This document shows positions 12,962-24,080 of a DNA stretch of 64,000 nucleotides, piece by piece. Every line of letters begins with the position of its first letter. The stretch's first letter is position 1. The notes under the pieces were generated by a model. The model was not told the origin of the DNA. It did not search any database and saw only the letters and a program-made list of their open reading frames with translations. The DNA lies in assembly GCA_964106645.2 (NCBI GenBank), contig OZ067038.1; one strand, 5' to 3'. The stretch comes from Podarcis pityusensis. Taxonomy: Eukaryota. A program made the translations under genes and the position numbers.

Positions 12962-13771
12962 GCACCATCAGTGTTGCTGGCACTTTACAAGAGGACAGGT
13001 CTTTCCCCCCAGGGGCTTCCTTTCTAAATCTCAGTACAGATGAAATAACAGAGGAAAGTGGGGTGGATGGGGAATGGAGGCAGTGGGGGCAGCGTACGTG
13101 CTTATTCCGTTCCACATACTATAACTTAGACTTGGTTACAGGACGGAATGTGGAGGCTACAGAGGCTGCAAGCACAACTCACATTTGAAGCCCATGACTT
13201 CTGCCTGCAAATCCTGGGAACTATAGTTTGTTATGGGCCTTTGTTTGCTTGTTTATTTCTTGCTTGCTTGCTATTTAACTTACTGTTTTATTGGAGGCCA
13301 TATTTCTAGGGTGAATTGGCACCCTGGAAAAGAGTGACCCTAATCTGGTAAAGTTTACACGTACAGTATAATAGTCTAGCAGCATGTCCTTTCTTCTGAC
13401 TTTAATTCCTCTTTCAGGGTGTGTTTGTGCAAACAAAAAGCCACATTATTTTAGACTCATACTTTTTGAACTAAAACCCATGTGGCTTAAGATTCTTTTT
13501 ACCACACTTTGGAACAGTCCGCTATCCCTGAAGGTCTTCTTGCCTGATTGCTCTGTACTCTGTTTCTACCCGCCTCTACTTATTCAGTTGCATAAACATA
13601 ATACATTCTCTCTTCATAGAGTCAAAGAGGTTTCTGCTCCCAATGGTAGAGGATGAACAGGCTATTTTCCAACTCAAAAGTCTTCCACTTTGTATTCTAC
13701 ATGGATGCTTGAGCTGTCCATGAGGGCTACTATAGCAAGCATCAACTAGTGATGATTTGTGGTCACTAGAA

Positions 13772-14265
13772 CAGTGCTTTTCAACCAGTGTGCCGTGGCA
13801 CACTGGGGTGCCTTGAATGATGGTCAGGGGTGCCACAGGCAACACTGGCCTCTGTCCCTCTTTCCTTCTCTCCGTCTTTTGATGCCCTCTCACATCTCTG
13901 CCTCCCAAAAGCTTGCACAGCTGTTTGTTGCAGCAGCCCTGGCTACTAGCTCCCCAGGCGAATGGCGCCTCTGGGTCTGGTCAGGGGGTGCTTCCCAGGC
14001 CCCTGTGGGGCAGTGGGAGGAGCAACTCAGAGACCGGGGGCAGCAGCTGCAGCTGCCCAGAAGACTCCCAAGACTCCCAAGTGGAGGGGAGAGAAGAGGA
14101 AGCTGAGGGAAGACTCCACAAGGAGGGTGTTCAAAAAGGGGTGAGGGGCTGCCAGCTCTGCAGGCAAGGGGTGACATAACTAGGCTCCTGAGCCCCACAG
14201 GGGTGCCGCAGAAAGAAGCTAGTTGGGCAAGGGAGACGTTAACCCAAAAAGGTTGAAAACCTGTG
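13772..14265. mobile_element. non-autonomous hAT (Charlie-type) DNA transposon
   Basis: Termini CAGTGCTTTTCAACC ... GGTTGAAAACCTGTG with a perfect 8-bp TSD CACTAGAA (13764-13771 and 14266-14273). Confidence 0.9.
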
Positions 14266-14302
14266 CACTAGAAGCATTAGCTACAGTGTATTGAAAGCAG
14301 CA

Positions 14303-14672
14303 AGGGACGCGGGTGGCGCTGTGGGTAAAACGTCAGAGCCTAGGACTTGCCGATCGCATGGTCGGCGGTTCGAATCCCTGGGGCGGGGTGAGCTCCCGTC
14401 GTTTGGTCCCAGCTCCTGCCCACCTAGCAGTTCGAAAGCACCCCTAAGTGCAAGTAGATAAATAGGTACTGCTTTATAGCGGGAAGGTAAACGGCGTTTC
14501 CGTGTGCTGCTCTGGTGCCGGTTCGCCAGAGCAGCTTCGTCACGCTGGCCACATGACCTGGAAGTGTCTGCCGACAGCGCTGGCTCCCGGCCTCTAGAGT
14601 GAGATGAGTGCACAACCCTAGAGTCTGTCAAGACTGGCCCGTACGGGCAGGGTGACCTTTACCTTTACCTTT
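14303..14672 (+). mobile_element. Sauria SINE, full length
   Basis: tRNA-like head GGGACGCGGGTGGCGCTGTGG...GGTTCGAATCC, (ACCTTT)n tail, and a perfect 14-bp TSD TATTGAAAGCAGCA (14289-14302 and 14673-14686). Confidence 0.92.
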
Positions 14673-15986
14673 TATTGAAAGCAGCAGCCCAAGAGGAGGA
14701 AATTCCTGCATAAAAAGGATGCATGATTAAACAGAAGACTGCCTTGTCACTCAACCAGCCAACCATAGAATAGCCACCACATGTATAGATCATGCAGACA
14801 CCCTCTGTTAGTGTAGTACAAGAAGTAGCGTTTGAGAAACTGAATAAAAACTTTGTATGGGTATAGACAGGGTCCATGTGAAGCTCAAGTACACAACCTT
14901 CAGTAGGGAGAAACTAGCAAAGAGTACAATCAACTAATGGGTTAATCTGGCTGCAGATAGATCCAATTCCCAGGCAAATAACCATTTCCTTGTACATCTC
15001 CATTCATTAAAGATAGATGCTGGAATCATTTTAGGTTTAGTAGACAATTAGCTAATATTTCATGAAAAGTACTTAGCTGTAATAGAGAACATTTCGAGAT
15101 TCCATTAGTTGCTTTCTGTGAAGAAAGGTGTGTTATTTTTTGCTTTCCCAAAGTAACGTTATACTACACTGCCACTCCTAAAAATATACACATGCTGCTA
15201 GACAGAGTGCCATCATAAAATGCAGCATTAAAATACTGATGGATTACAAGTTCTGTTCTTGTAAATAGATCCTTGTTTTCTGGGGAGGGGGGTGCTTTCT
15301 GCCTCCCAAATTCCTTTTCCTTTCCTTTCTTACTCGGGATCTAACCAGTTGATAATATATCTTAAAGTGCAGAGGGGGAACAATATCTACAGCAGGTCAA
15401 ATTGGCTATTGGCCAGCTATGGTGGAGCATGGAGCCTGTCTTATCCCGTAATGTAGTTCAGCTTGCTTGCTTGCATCTCCTGGATTCACAGGTCCTTTTG
15501 GACCCTGAAGAAGGCAGAACAGGGGTGGGGCGGAATGGGCAGAGTGGGCTTATGAACACTCTACCAATGTGCATGGGGGCCAGGAACGCAACCCCGCACA
15601 AAATGGTTGCCGCCTATACAATGGAACAGCTAGTAGATATTGTACTATGTGCATTTTTGGTTGGCGTATAAAAGCAGATGGGGCTACCACAGAATTTAGG
15701 TGACAGTGCCAGTATGCCTAATAGAGCACAAAGATGTTACACCCACAACTGTCAAAATGGAGCTGATTCATCTATCAATTTCTACATGGTGGTGCCACCA
15801 TACAGTCACTTTGGAGGGGAGGCCTGGCATGATGAACCAGTCTTTTGGGATCATGACTCAGCCTGTATTCAGCAGCGGCAGCAGCATCCAAGACAGGAGG
15901 CGCCACATTGCAAAGTGAGCTGTTCCACTTGTACTGACCCCATGGTCTCCCCAATGAACTCATGGATTGCAATACAGAGAGATCTG

Positions 15987-16128
15987 AACATAAGAAGATC
16001 ATGATGCATCATGTCGAAGGCCCATCTAGTCCAGCCTCCTGTTCTCACAGTGGACAACCAGAGACCCTCAGGAATCCCACAAGCAGGACCTTGTGATTCT
16101 CAGCAACTGGTATTCGGAGGCAAACTGG
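15987..16128 (-). mobile_element. CR1-type LINE 3' end with TTCTTATG terminus
   Basis: aacataagaag...ggcccatctagtccagc..ctgttctcacagtgg..aaccag...cagcaactggtattc; a related decayed copy lies at about 9450-9630. Confidence 0.65.
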
Positions 16129-16805
16129 CACAGTTTCTGTGGGGCTTATGGAGCCTGGATGTACAGAGCCAGCTCCTGCGGGCATGTCGTAAGGGGAAGA
16201 TTATTGGATGTGATGCATACAAGTGTCAAGGGTGTTGCCACCCATCGTGAGTTAACACATGCACCATCTCCACTTATCAACCTGCCAAGAGAAAGAGACG
16301 TGGGTTATTAACCTTGTCACATAGTGTCAGAGGCTAGCGTTCCATCATCACATCTGTGCAGAGATCTGGATGGTTTGAAGTAAATTGTAGGCAACCGATG
16401 AAGTCAGTCATGGATAAATAGGTTTGGTTTAAGTTAAATTTAATCGATTTATAAACTGCTTTGCAAGAAAGCCCCAAATAACCAGCCAGCCAAAGCATAA
16501 ACTCAGCAGAGTATAAACAGTATACAGTATATCCCCCAAGGATTCTAGAACAAGGGCTTCTACAGTATGTGCCTGTGTGGATGACCTCACCTTGGCACTT
16601 CCTATACAGGGGCTGTCTGGATGCCTCATGACAGACAGAGATTTGGCCTTCTGTGTCTGCATAGCCCTGGGCAGTGATGCAGTTGGGAACTCAGAGGGTG
16701 CTGGGGAGGGGTGGGTCTAGGAGAGCTAGTCAGTGGACAGGAGGATTGGGGTGTCAGTTACCCATCTCTTCTGTGTTCTGAGGTCACAGGTTGACCAAGC
16801 GGAAG

Positions 16806-16816
16806 ACACACACACA

Positions 16817-16869
<53 letters not shown>
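16806..16869 (+). repeat. compound (AC)7(GT)n(GA)n microsatellite
   Basis: Read directly. Confidence 0.95.
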
Positions 16870-16870
<1 letters not shown>

Positions 16871-18872
16871 TTGTGTGAGCTGAGCAGCTAATTAGCACAA
16901 CAACCATGGAGACTGTGCACATGATCTGACCGTGAAAAGCAAATATTGCACACAGTCTGTTGAATACACAAGTATGCATGAACGCTCAGCAAGTGAGTGT
17001 GCCTGATCCCACTTCCTACTTCCCTGTATTTGTATAATGTCTGAAAGGGATTGCAGTCGGGGCTGAGCATGTGAAGCATGATCCCAATCTCCAATCCACA
17101 TGTTCTCTGAATGTGTGAAAATGTATTTGATGTTGACTCACAGTTGCATATGCAACCAAGCACCACTGATAAGAAGCACTGCAGTTGAATGAGCATCACA
17201 TGATGGTACAAAAGTTCTATCTGTAAGGATTGGTCTGGAACAGCATATTCAGACATGCATGTCACTAAGATCATGTGATGCTATAGTCAGTGCATGATGA
17301 ACTTGCATGGTGCACTCCTAAGGATACCTATATGAGGCACCAAGTCCCTTTGAACTCAGTAGGATTTATTTCTGATTAAGCATGTTTCATCTGAGGCTGC
17401 CAACGTAGTTCACTCCAGATGTGGACTACATCTCCCACCACCACTGATCATTGGCCATTTTGACTGGGCTGATGGGAGTTGTAATCTAAAACACCTGGAG
17501 GCCATTACAGTGGCTACCCCCGCTGTAAATGAAATACTGCTCTGTACAAAGAGACCAAACGAGTCCTTTCACTGGCTAAAGGCGCTGCTTGAGTCCAAAT
17601 GACTCCTTCAAATAGGACATAAATAGCACTTTGTGCAGGCTCATGCCACTGCCCCCTTGCCCAAATGTGAATGCCACCCTGTATGAAAAGAATTAGAGCT
17701 ATTAAAGGAGAATGACTAAAGGAGACCTACATGCAGCCTTTTTACTGAATCTGGCATGGGGGATATTTGGGACAGAAGCCTGCAGGGGTCTTTCTCTGGA
17801 TGAAGAGGAAAAGCTCTGGTGAGTCATCGCAAACCTTCCTCTCTTGCTCGGTGTGAACTCAGCAAACTGTATGGTGTTGACAGTGATGCAAAGAGAGAGT
17901 AGGGGGAAGGAGGGAGGGAAGTCCATCTGTGCTTAGGCAGAGAGAGAGGAGGAGGAGGATGGAGGGGGAGAGAGAGAGAAACCAAGTCTGAAAACACGTT
18001 TGCAGCAAGTGGAAAGGGCGGGCTATATCGCCTGAGCATGTGGCAGAAGACCCAGGGAACTGGGCTGGATCTGGTTTTGTTTGTGACCGTGCCACAAGGA
18101 CACATGAGGTTCTCAGAACGACTGACAGCTCATCCCCACGCAGCCTTTTCATCTGGGGAGAAAGCAAACAAAACGGCAGGGCTATAAGTAGGCACAGATG
18201 GAATCAGTGCAGCTAAAAAAAGCACCAGCCGCTGAAGCGTCACATAAAGCTCAGCCCCCAAGGTTTGAAAGCATTCCATCATTATTTCTTCTCCTTCCCT
18301 CCCTCCTCCCCTTCTCAGTGTTATTTCAGAGCAAGCCGGTCTCACGAGGAGCCGCATCTTCATCTGCAGCAAACCAGCAATGGCTGTAAAGGGGAGTGAA
18401 GGGAAAACACACACGTGTGGATTTGCATCCACGGTAGAGTGGGTGCCTGCATCATCCTCACCGCTGGGGAACTGGTTGGGCTGCTATAGCACAGAGCTGC
18501 AAACTGGGAGCTCTGGTGGTAATTGCCCAGGCAGGACTCAGCAGACACCACCCCCACCCCCACTTAAGTGTTATGCATAAGACCAGCATGTGAGCAGGGA
18601 CATGTAAAATAGTTCAGCCCTTAGTACTGTGAGAAGAACACCTGTATGTGGCTTAGGGTGCTCCGAGAAATAAATAAATAACAGGGCTCCTGGGCACCCA
18701 CAGGAAAGCATATGTCTGTTGTTTCTCTGTGTGATTCACTGCTCTGGGATTCCTTCCTTCCAATAAGATTCTGCTACGCAGGAGGTGGGGGGGGGGAGTT
18801 GTCTGCTACATCAATGCCTTGCATGTGACTAGATCATTCAATCAGTCCAAGTATAGAAGGGCCGGTACAATA

Positions 18873-19098
18873 CAGTGGTACCTCGGGTTAAGTACTTAAT
18901 TCATTCCGGAGGGCCGTTCTTAACCTGAAACTGTTCTTAACCTGAAGCACCACTTTAGCTAATGGGGCCTCCTGCTGCTGCTGCGCCGCCGGAGCATGAT
19001 TTCTGTTCTCATCCTGAAGCAAAGTTCTTAACCCGAGGTACTATTTCTGGGTTAGTGGAGTCTGTAACCTGAAGCGTATGTAACCCGAGGTACCACTG
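18873..19098. mobile_element. Tc1/mariner MITE, same family as 4124-4357
   Basis: TA|CAGTGGTACCTCGGGTTA ... TAACCCGAGGTACCACTG|TA; body highly similar to the 4124 copy. Confidence 0.92.
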
Positions 19099-20446
19099 TA
19101 TCTACCCAGACAGAAAGGGACACTTTGAAACTATGGTGCCTTCAGACAGTGGCATGAAGTGTTTCCTTGGAAATGTGAAGCTTGGAAATTCATCCTTTAC
19201 ATCCTGACAGAGCTGTATTGATAGTTTTCATCCTGTTTTATGGAGGATCCTAGGATTCCCTGGAAAATTATAAGGGTTTGTGAATGAGAAGATTAGAAAT
19301 GGTGTACAAACATCCTTAGAAAGCACCATCCTCTGTTGATGTCCACCTAAAACGTCCAGCTGCCAGGGAGTTCAGATGGGATCGAGGTGCATCAGCTTAC
19401 AGAGAACGGTGAACCATAATGGGCCCAAGCAATACTTCTGTGAAACAGGTGTACACCCTCAAACCCATCCCAGAATCCTCTGCAATGTGCAAGGGCTCCA
19501 TAGCTGGAGCATAGGGATTCCTTGGCAGTCTTTTGGGCTCCAGGAAGTTAAGCAGTCTGATCACCATTTTCTAGAGGAGGAAACAACTTATTTTTATTTT
19601 TATTTTTGGTCTTTTACAATATTAAAGGTCTGGCAATTCTGTTTGTAACACACATTGTGGCACCTAGTGATTAAGGCAGGAGACTGCAGGTGGATCAGCC
19701 AAAATCTGTGAGCTATCTCTGACTGCTGTCTAGTCTTCAATAGGTACCTCTTTCTCTCTACAGCTCTAAATCGAATATTAATACAAGTTTGTACATAACT
19801 AAGTTTCCCATCAAAACAAATAATGCCTAATAGTAAAAAAAAACAAAAAACCACCTCTTTTTTTGAGACCTGCATTTTGGTGAAGCTGTTAAGTCCCCAG
19901 ATGAATCTGTTGCTACCACTGGCTTGATGGTAAATGTTGGGCACAGGAGCTGGGGAAATGCCTAGGGAGGAAGAACTGATACTCCCTTTGGCAAATGACA
20001 GAGAAGCTCTTCCCTTTCACCGCCCATGGAAGTTCCTACAGGAGAGGGTTTCCCAATGGATTCCTCTTGGCTGCTACATGGAAGAGGTTCTCAGGGCTTG
20101 TCTGTGCTTCTGCTTCTCTCATGCTTTCTTCAAGGCATGGGTCCGAGAGTTTTTTTGTTTATGCTGCCACTTCCCCTGGGAAAACCCACTCTTTACTGCT
20201 GAATCACAACAAACATCAGTCAGGGAAATCAGTGGGGCGAATGAAAAACCTCTCTGAAAGCACGGGACAAGCAGAAGGGTGGACAAGCCCCCCGTGTCTT
20301 CAGTACCTCAGGACTACTCGCCTGGTACAGAGATTTTATCCAAGGAACTAGGCCACAACATTACATTTGGTTCTAGAGTGATTCTGAGCAACCAGAATAG
20401 ATTTTCTTTAAGAACCAGTGCAAGTTTCTTTGCCTTATCACTTGTA

Positions 20447-20792
20447 AAAGGTAAAGGTAAAGGTACCCCTGACAGTTAGGACCAGTTGCGGACGACTCTG
20501 GGGTTGCACACTCATCTCGCTCTATAGGCCGAGGAAGCCGGCGTTTGTCTGCAGACAGCTTCTGGGTCATGTGGCCAGCATGACTAAGCCGCTTCTGGCG
20601 AACCAGAGCAGCACACAGAAACGCTATTTACCTTCTTGCCGAAGCGGTACCTATTTATCTCCTTGCACTTGGACATGCTTTCGAACTGCTAGGTGGGCAG
20701 GAGCTGGGACCGAACAACGGGAGCTCACCCCGTCATGGGGATTCCAACCACCAACCTTTTGATCAGCAAGCCCTAGGCTCTGTGGTTTAGAC
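20447..20792 (-). mobile_element. Sauria SINE, slightly 5'-truncated
   Basis: (AAAGGT)n on the plus strand is the tail; the body is the reverse complement of the 14303 copy. 28-bp flanking duplication at 20419-20446 and 20801-20828. Confidence 0.9.
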
Positions 20793-21602
20793 AGTTTCTT
20801 TGCAAGTTTCTTTGTCTTATCACTTGTAGGGATGTTGAAATCTGTCAATTAGGGTTTCTCTCAGCTTCTCATTTTTCCATTCCAAAGGTTCAGTTTGTTA
20901 CCTTTCCACAACCCTTTGCAATTTTTAAAAAGAAGTCATCGCAAAAATTCATCAATATTTTCCTGTGTTTTTCTCTTAATATATACATTTTGTAGGCATT
21001 TTTGCCCAATATGCACCTTTTTGTATGTGATGCATTTATCTGTGGGCAAAGGTTGGGAATCTACTGACCCGCCCCTCACCTGAAACATCCATTCTTCATC
21101 CTCCACATCCTACTTACCTTCCACCTCCTCTAACTGCTCCTCCCCTGCCTTGCGGGTGGTGTGACACCCCATAAATCACTGGTCCCCTCTCCTGGGTCAC
21201 TCTCCTGGTCCCCTGCCTCTGCCACACACTCTTCGGGGCCCTGCCATTCCCTGCCATTCCCTGCCAGTACTGTGTAGTTGGGAGTAGATTGAGTTTCCTG
21301 TATTTTTAAGTGAACTGCAGCAAAATGCATTTTTGTTTTTCTTTTGAACAGTTCCTTTTTTCTGGATCCCTGTCCATGTCGGCCGAAAAATGAATGACTG
21401 CTTGGTGGGATATAGAGCATTTCCCTCTTTCCTCTTCCTTCCCCCCCCCCATCCCAACTCATGATCCCATGAACTTTCATTCAATAAAATATGAGGGGGC
21501 TCGACACTGGGAATCTGGCAATAGGACCCAGACACTTTCCTCTCTGGACACCAGGGCAGTCATCAGGCAGAAGGCTCTATTGCCTTGCTCTTCTCTGCTC
21601 AG

Positions 21603-21657
21603 TAACACCATCCAGACGATGTCCGCAGAAGAATACTACAACTCAACAGCAAATCAG
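21603..21657 (+). CDS. MS4A-like locus B, first recognisable exon (NTIQTMSAEEYYNSTANQ; candidate ATG 21619)
   Basis: Bounded by ctcttctctgctcag| and CAG|gttagg, followed by an 88-nt intron to the TM3 exon in phase 0. SAEEY resembles the 'S-AEK' end of the MS4A TM2 exon, but the hydrophobic FIISGSLS part is absent. Confidence 0.5.
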
Positions 21658-21745
21658 GTTAGGAATCATTGGTGGAGGTGGGGGGGGTGACCTATGGTAG
21701 CTAAATGTTTTGTTGGTGGCTGAATTCCTTGTGTCTCTCTTTCAG

Positions 21746-21887
21746 GTGAAATGCAGTGTCGGAATAAACATCACAAGTGCTGTAATGACCTTAGCTGGCA
21801 TCATTCTATACATAGCAGAGATAGCTGTATTTGCTGATTCACATTATCATGGGCTTTTGAGAACGATAAGTGAACAAGCAAAGAGAC
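21746..21887 (+). CDS. MS4A-like locus B, TM3 and extracellular-loop exon (VKCSVGINITSAVMTLAGIILYIAEIAVFADSHYHGLLRTISEQAKR + 1 nt)
   Basis: Acceptor tctctctttcag|, donor C|gtgagt. VKxSxGxNIxSAxxxxxGIIL is the MS4A TM3 motif. Confidence 0.85.
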
Positions 21888-23001
21888 GTGAGTAAGAAAA
21901 CCATTAACTTTATAGGCAAGATCCAGGGAACATGAGTAAATGGGAAAGAATCATGCTTCGCTTCCTGTTTTCACAGTGTATGTCCACATGACATTTCTAC
22001 ACTTTCATCACATCAAAGAATAACAAGCAGCCCTTCAGTGGGTCATTGCTCAGACATTCCTCATCTATGTACAAGGGATGCTGAGCAGGTTTGGCTAAGG
22101 CGTGGTCTTCCAGATGTCATTGGACTCCAGCTCCCACCAGCTCCAGTCAGCAAGTGATGGGAGTTGTCATCCACCAAAATTTGGTGGACCAAATATTAGC
22201 CAAGCCAATATAGGGGAAAGATGGCAAAAATGTAAACAAAGGAGTCTAAAACCAACATCTTTAGTAAGGGGTGGAGGAAAGAATCATGTACATAGCTGCT
22301 CATGTGCCATTTCAAGAACATGCAGTAGAGAATGCCATTGTGCTTGTCTTCCACAGGCTATAATAGAACCCTTCCCTTTAATCCTGTTCCCTTTAATCTG
22401 CTTCTGACACCATGGCATGGTGTGTGTCTTTGTCAATAGTTTTCTGTCAGCTGCTAGCCATCTGCAGGCCCCTGGGTTCTAAAAGGCCTTGAGGCAAATG
22501 CCATGGGAAGGATGATACATGAGAGTACTCTCACAGGTGTACCTTAGACTGCTCCGTCCTTTAATTGATCTATTACACAAATGTAAAATGAATCAACCAG
22601 AATGCGTTATATCCCAAAATAACAGCCTTCAAATATTTTTAGCTTTATTTGTGCATTCCAAGTACAACAGCCTATCAAATCTTTGTCAGATGTGCGTTTG
22701 GTGCTTTGCTTTGTGATTCTGCAAAGCACTCAAATACTAAGGAAGTCCCTGCCCAGGTTCTTACACATTAACAATTCTGTATTACCATTTTATGTTTGAA
22801 GAGGTGTATATAATGTTCTGTACTGTACAGTAGACCCTTTAATCAAAAGAATCAAAATAGTCACCACTGCACTTCCCCCGACTTTTCCTAATGTGTTTGT
22901 TTGTGCACCCAGAATGTGTTTAGCAGGGTACTTTCTGAAGTTACAACTGAATGAATTTGTAGGAGGAACAAGTATACTATGCAAGGTTCTCTGCTGTGTA
23001 G

Positions 23002-23109
23002 TATGTAGGTATTGGCCATGTCATCTTTCTCCTCTTCTTCAGCATTCTGGAGTTCTCCACCACTGTTTTCTTAGCACATTTTGGGCGCATGGCAGCCTGT
23101 AATGACATG
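23002..23109 (+). CDS. MS4A-like locus B, TM4 exon ((YVG)IGHVIFLLFFSILEFSTTVFLAHFGRMAACNDM); in frame with the preceding exon only via the second AG (start 23009)
   Basis: LLFFSILEF...AHFG..AAC is the MS4A TM4 motif. Donor ATG|gtaagc. Two acceptor AGs at 23000-23001 and 23007-23008. Confidence 0.85.
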
Positions 23110-23266
23110 GTAAGCATCTGAGTATCTTGATTGGATTTTAAGAGGGTCATATTTTAAAAGCCAGTGAGAAAATGGCATTGGGAGTACATTTGTTTGTGAC
23201 CGTAAAACAAGGGTGGTGACAATGAAAAGTATTTCATATAGTAAATTAATTTTGTGTGTATTTCAG

Positions 23267-23383
23267 CCTGTAACTGTATCACCACATCCTGTTCTCAGAG
23301 ATGGTGGGAGACCCGCTGAAGGCAACCCTGATCCTCCAGACTATGACGATGCATATGGAGATGCATATTCGTCTGTCTATTGA
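23267..23383 (+). CDS. MS4A-like locus B, terminal exon (PVTVSPHPVLRDGGRPAEGNPDPPDYDDAYGDAYSSVY*)
   Basis: Acceptor tgtatttcag|, phase 0, open to TGA at 23381-23383. Pro-rich tail with a PPxY motif, typical of MS4A C-termini. Confidence 0.75.
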   Translation, partial: PVTVSPHPVLRDGGRPAEGNPDPPDYDDAYGDAYSSVY

Positions 23384-24061
23384 AAAGCTAAGCAATGCGC
23401 CGAAGAGAAACTTTTTGTGATATCTCACCAACCACCCAACAGTCTTATTATTTAGATCTGTTCTGAACTGGGTTTAGGCCTGACCATGGGGCTGAGTCTG
23501 CCTTGGTTTCCCTGCTGGAGTGAGATGGGGGAGGGCAAGCTTGCTCCTGCTTCTTGATCTCTAGTTGGCTTTTGATACCATTGACCTCCCAGTCATCAGC
23601 TGGCCGGGGCTCCAGGTGGAGATTAACTCTGAAGTTCCCCAGTTAGCTGAATAGCACAAGGGGAATCCCAGGGAGAAGCAAGTTTTAAGCTTTCCCTCAA
23701 CCACCCAGGAAAGGTTTTGTTATTGTTGTTGTTTTTACTACACATGGTTGTTTCCCAGTCAGCTGAGCAGCACAAAGGGGATCACAGGAAAGGGAAGGTT
23801 TTAAACCCCACCCCCATTTGCCCTAATGGACCAGCCATGTCCCCTGCCATGTCCCCTGAAGAAAAGGCTCTCTCAGCCCCTTTATTTATAAACTGGATGA
23901 TTTTTAGAGATGGAGCTGTACTTTATATTTTTGATTGTAGTTTATGTTATTATCCTTGTAATTTTGCTATTGCATTTTCTTCTGTTTTTGTATTATTTGT
24001 TCGTTTTATTCAATGCTTGTTTGTATGATGAAGTATTTTAAAAGCGAGAGAGATGGAACTG

Positions 24062-24080
24062 TGGCGGCCTCTGGTGGATA
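24062..24080 (-). promoter_or_regulatory. candidate CTCF site between MS4A-B and the SLC19A1 CpG island
   Basis: Minus strand TATCCACCAGAGGCCGCCA is close to the CCACCAGRGGGCGC core; located at the CpG-island edge. Confidence 0.45.

Larger units (their letters stand above)
21603..23383 (+). pseudogene. MS4A-like locus B as a whole: 5'-truncated MS4A paralogue (decaying pseudogene or 132-aa two-TM gene)
   Basis: No TM1/TM2 exons found by eye in the ungapped 13.0-21.6 kb. There is a 1-nt phase mismatch at the TM3/TM4 junction with the first AG. No premature stops in the exons that remain. Confidence 0.5.

Noticed and set aside
15400-16330. Cluster of ORFs suggesting a retrogene or viral insert
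   Set aside because: No coherent frame or recognisable motif; part of it is a CR1-type 3' fragment.
17940-18420. Possible promoter or first exon for MS4A-B (TATAAG at about 18184, ORF 18198-18389)
   Set aside because: No strong donor and no MS4A-like N-terminal sequence; cannot be supported without transcript data.
6049-23383. MS4A-A (TM1-2 exons) and MS4A-B (TM3-4 exons) as two halves of one gene split by a contig mis-oriented at the N gap
   Set aside because: A minus-strand TATA box, first exon and donor (12961-12864) lie on the far side of the gap in the same orientation as exons 2-3, so orientation across the gap looks consistent. The 6049 donor (phase 0) also does not fit the 21603 acceptor (phase 2).
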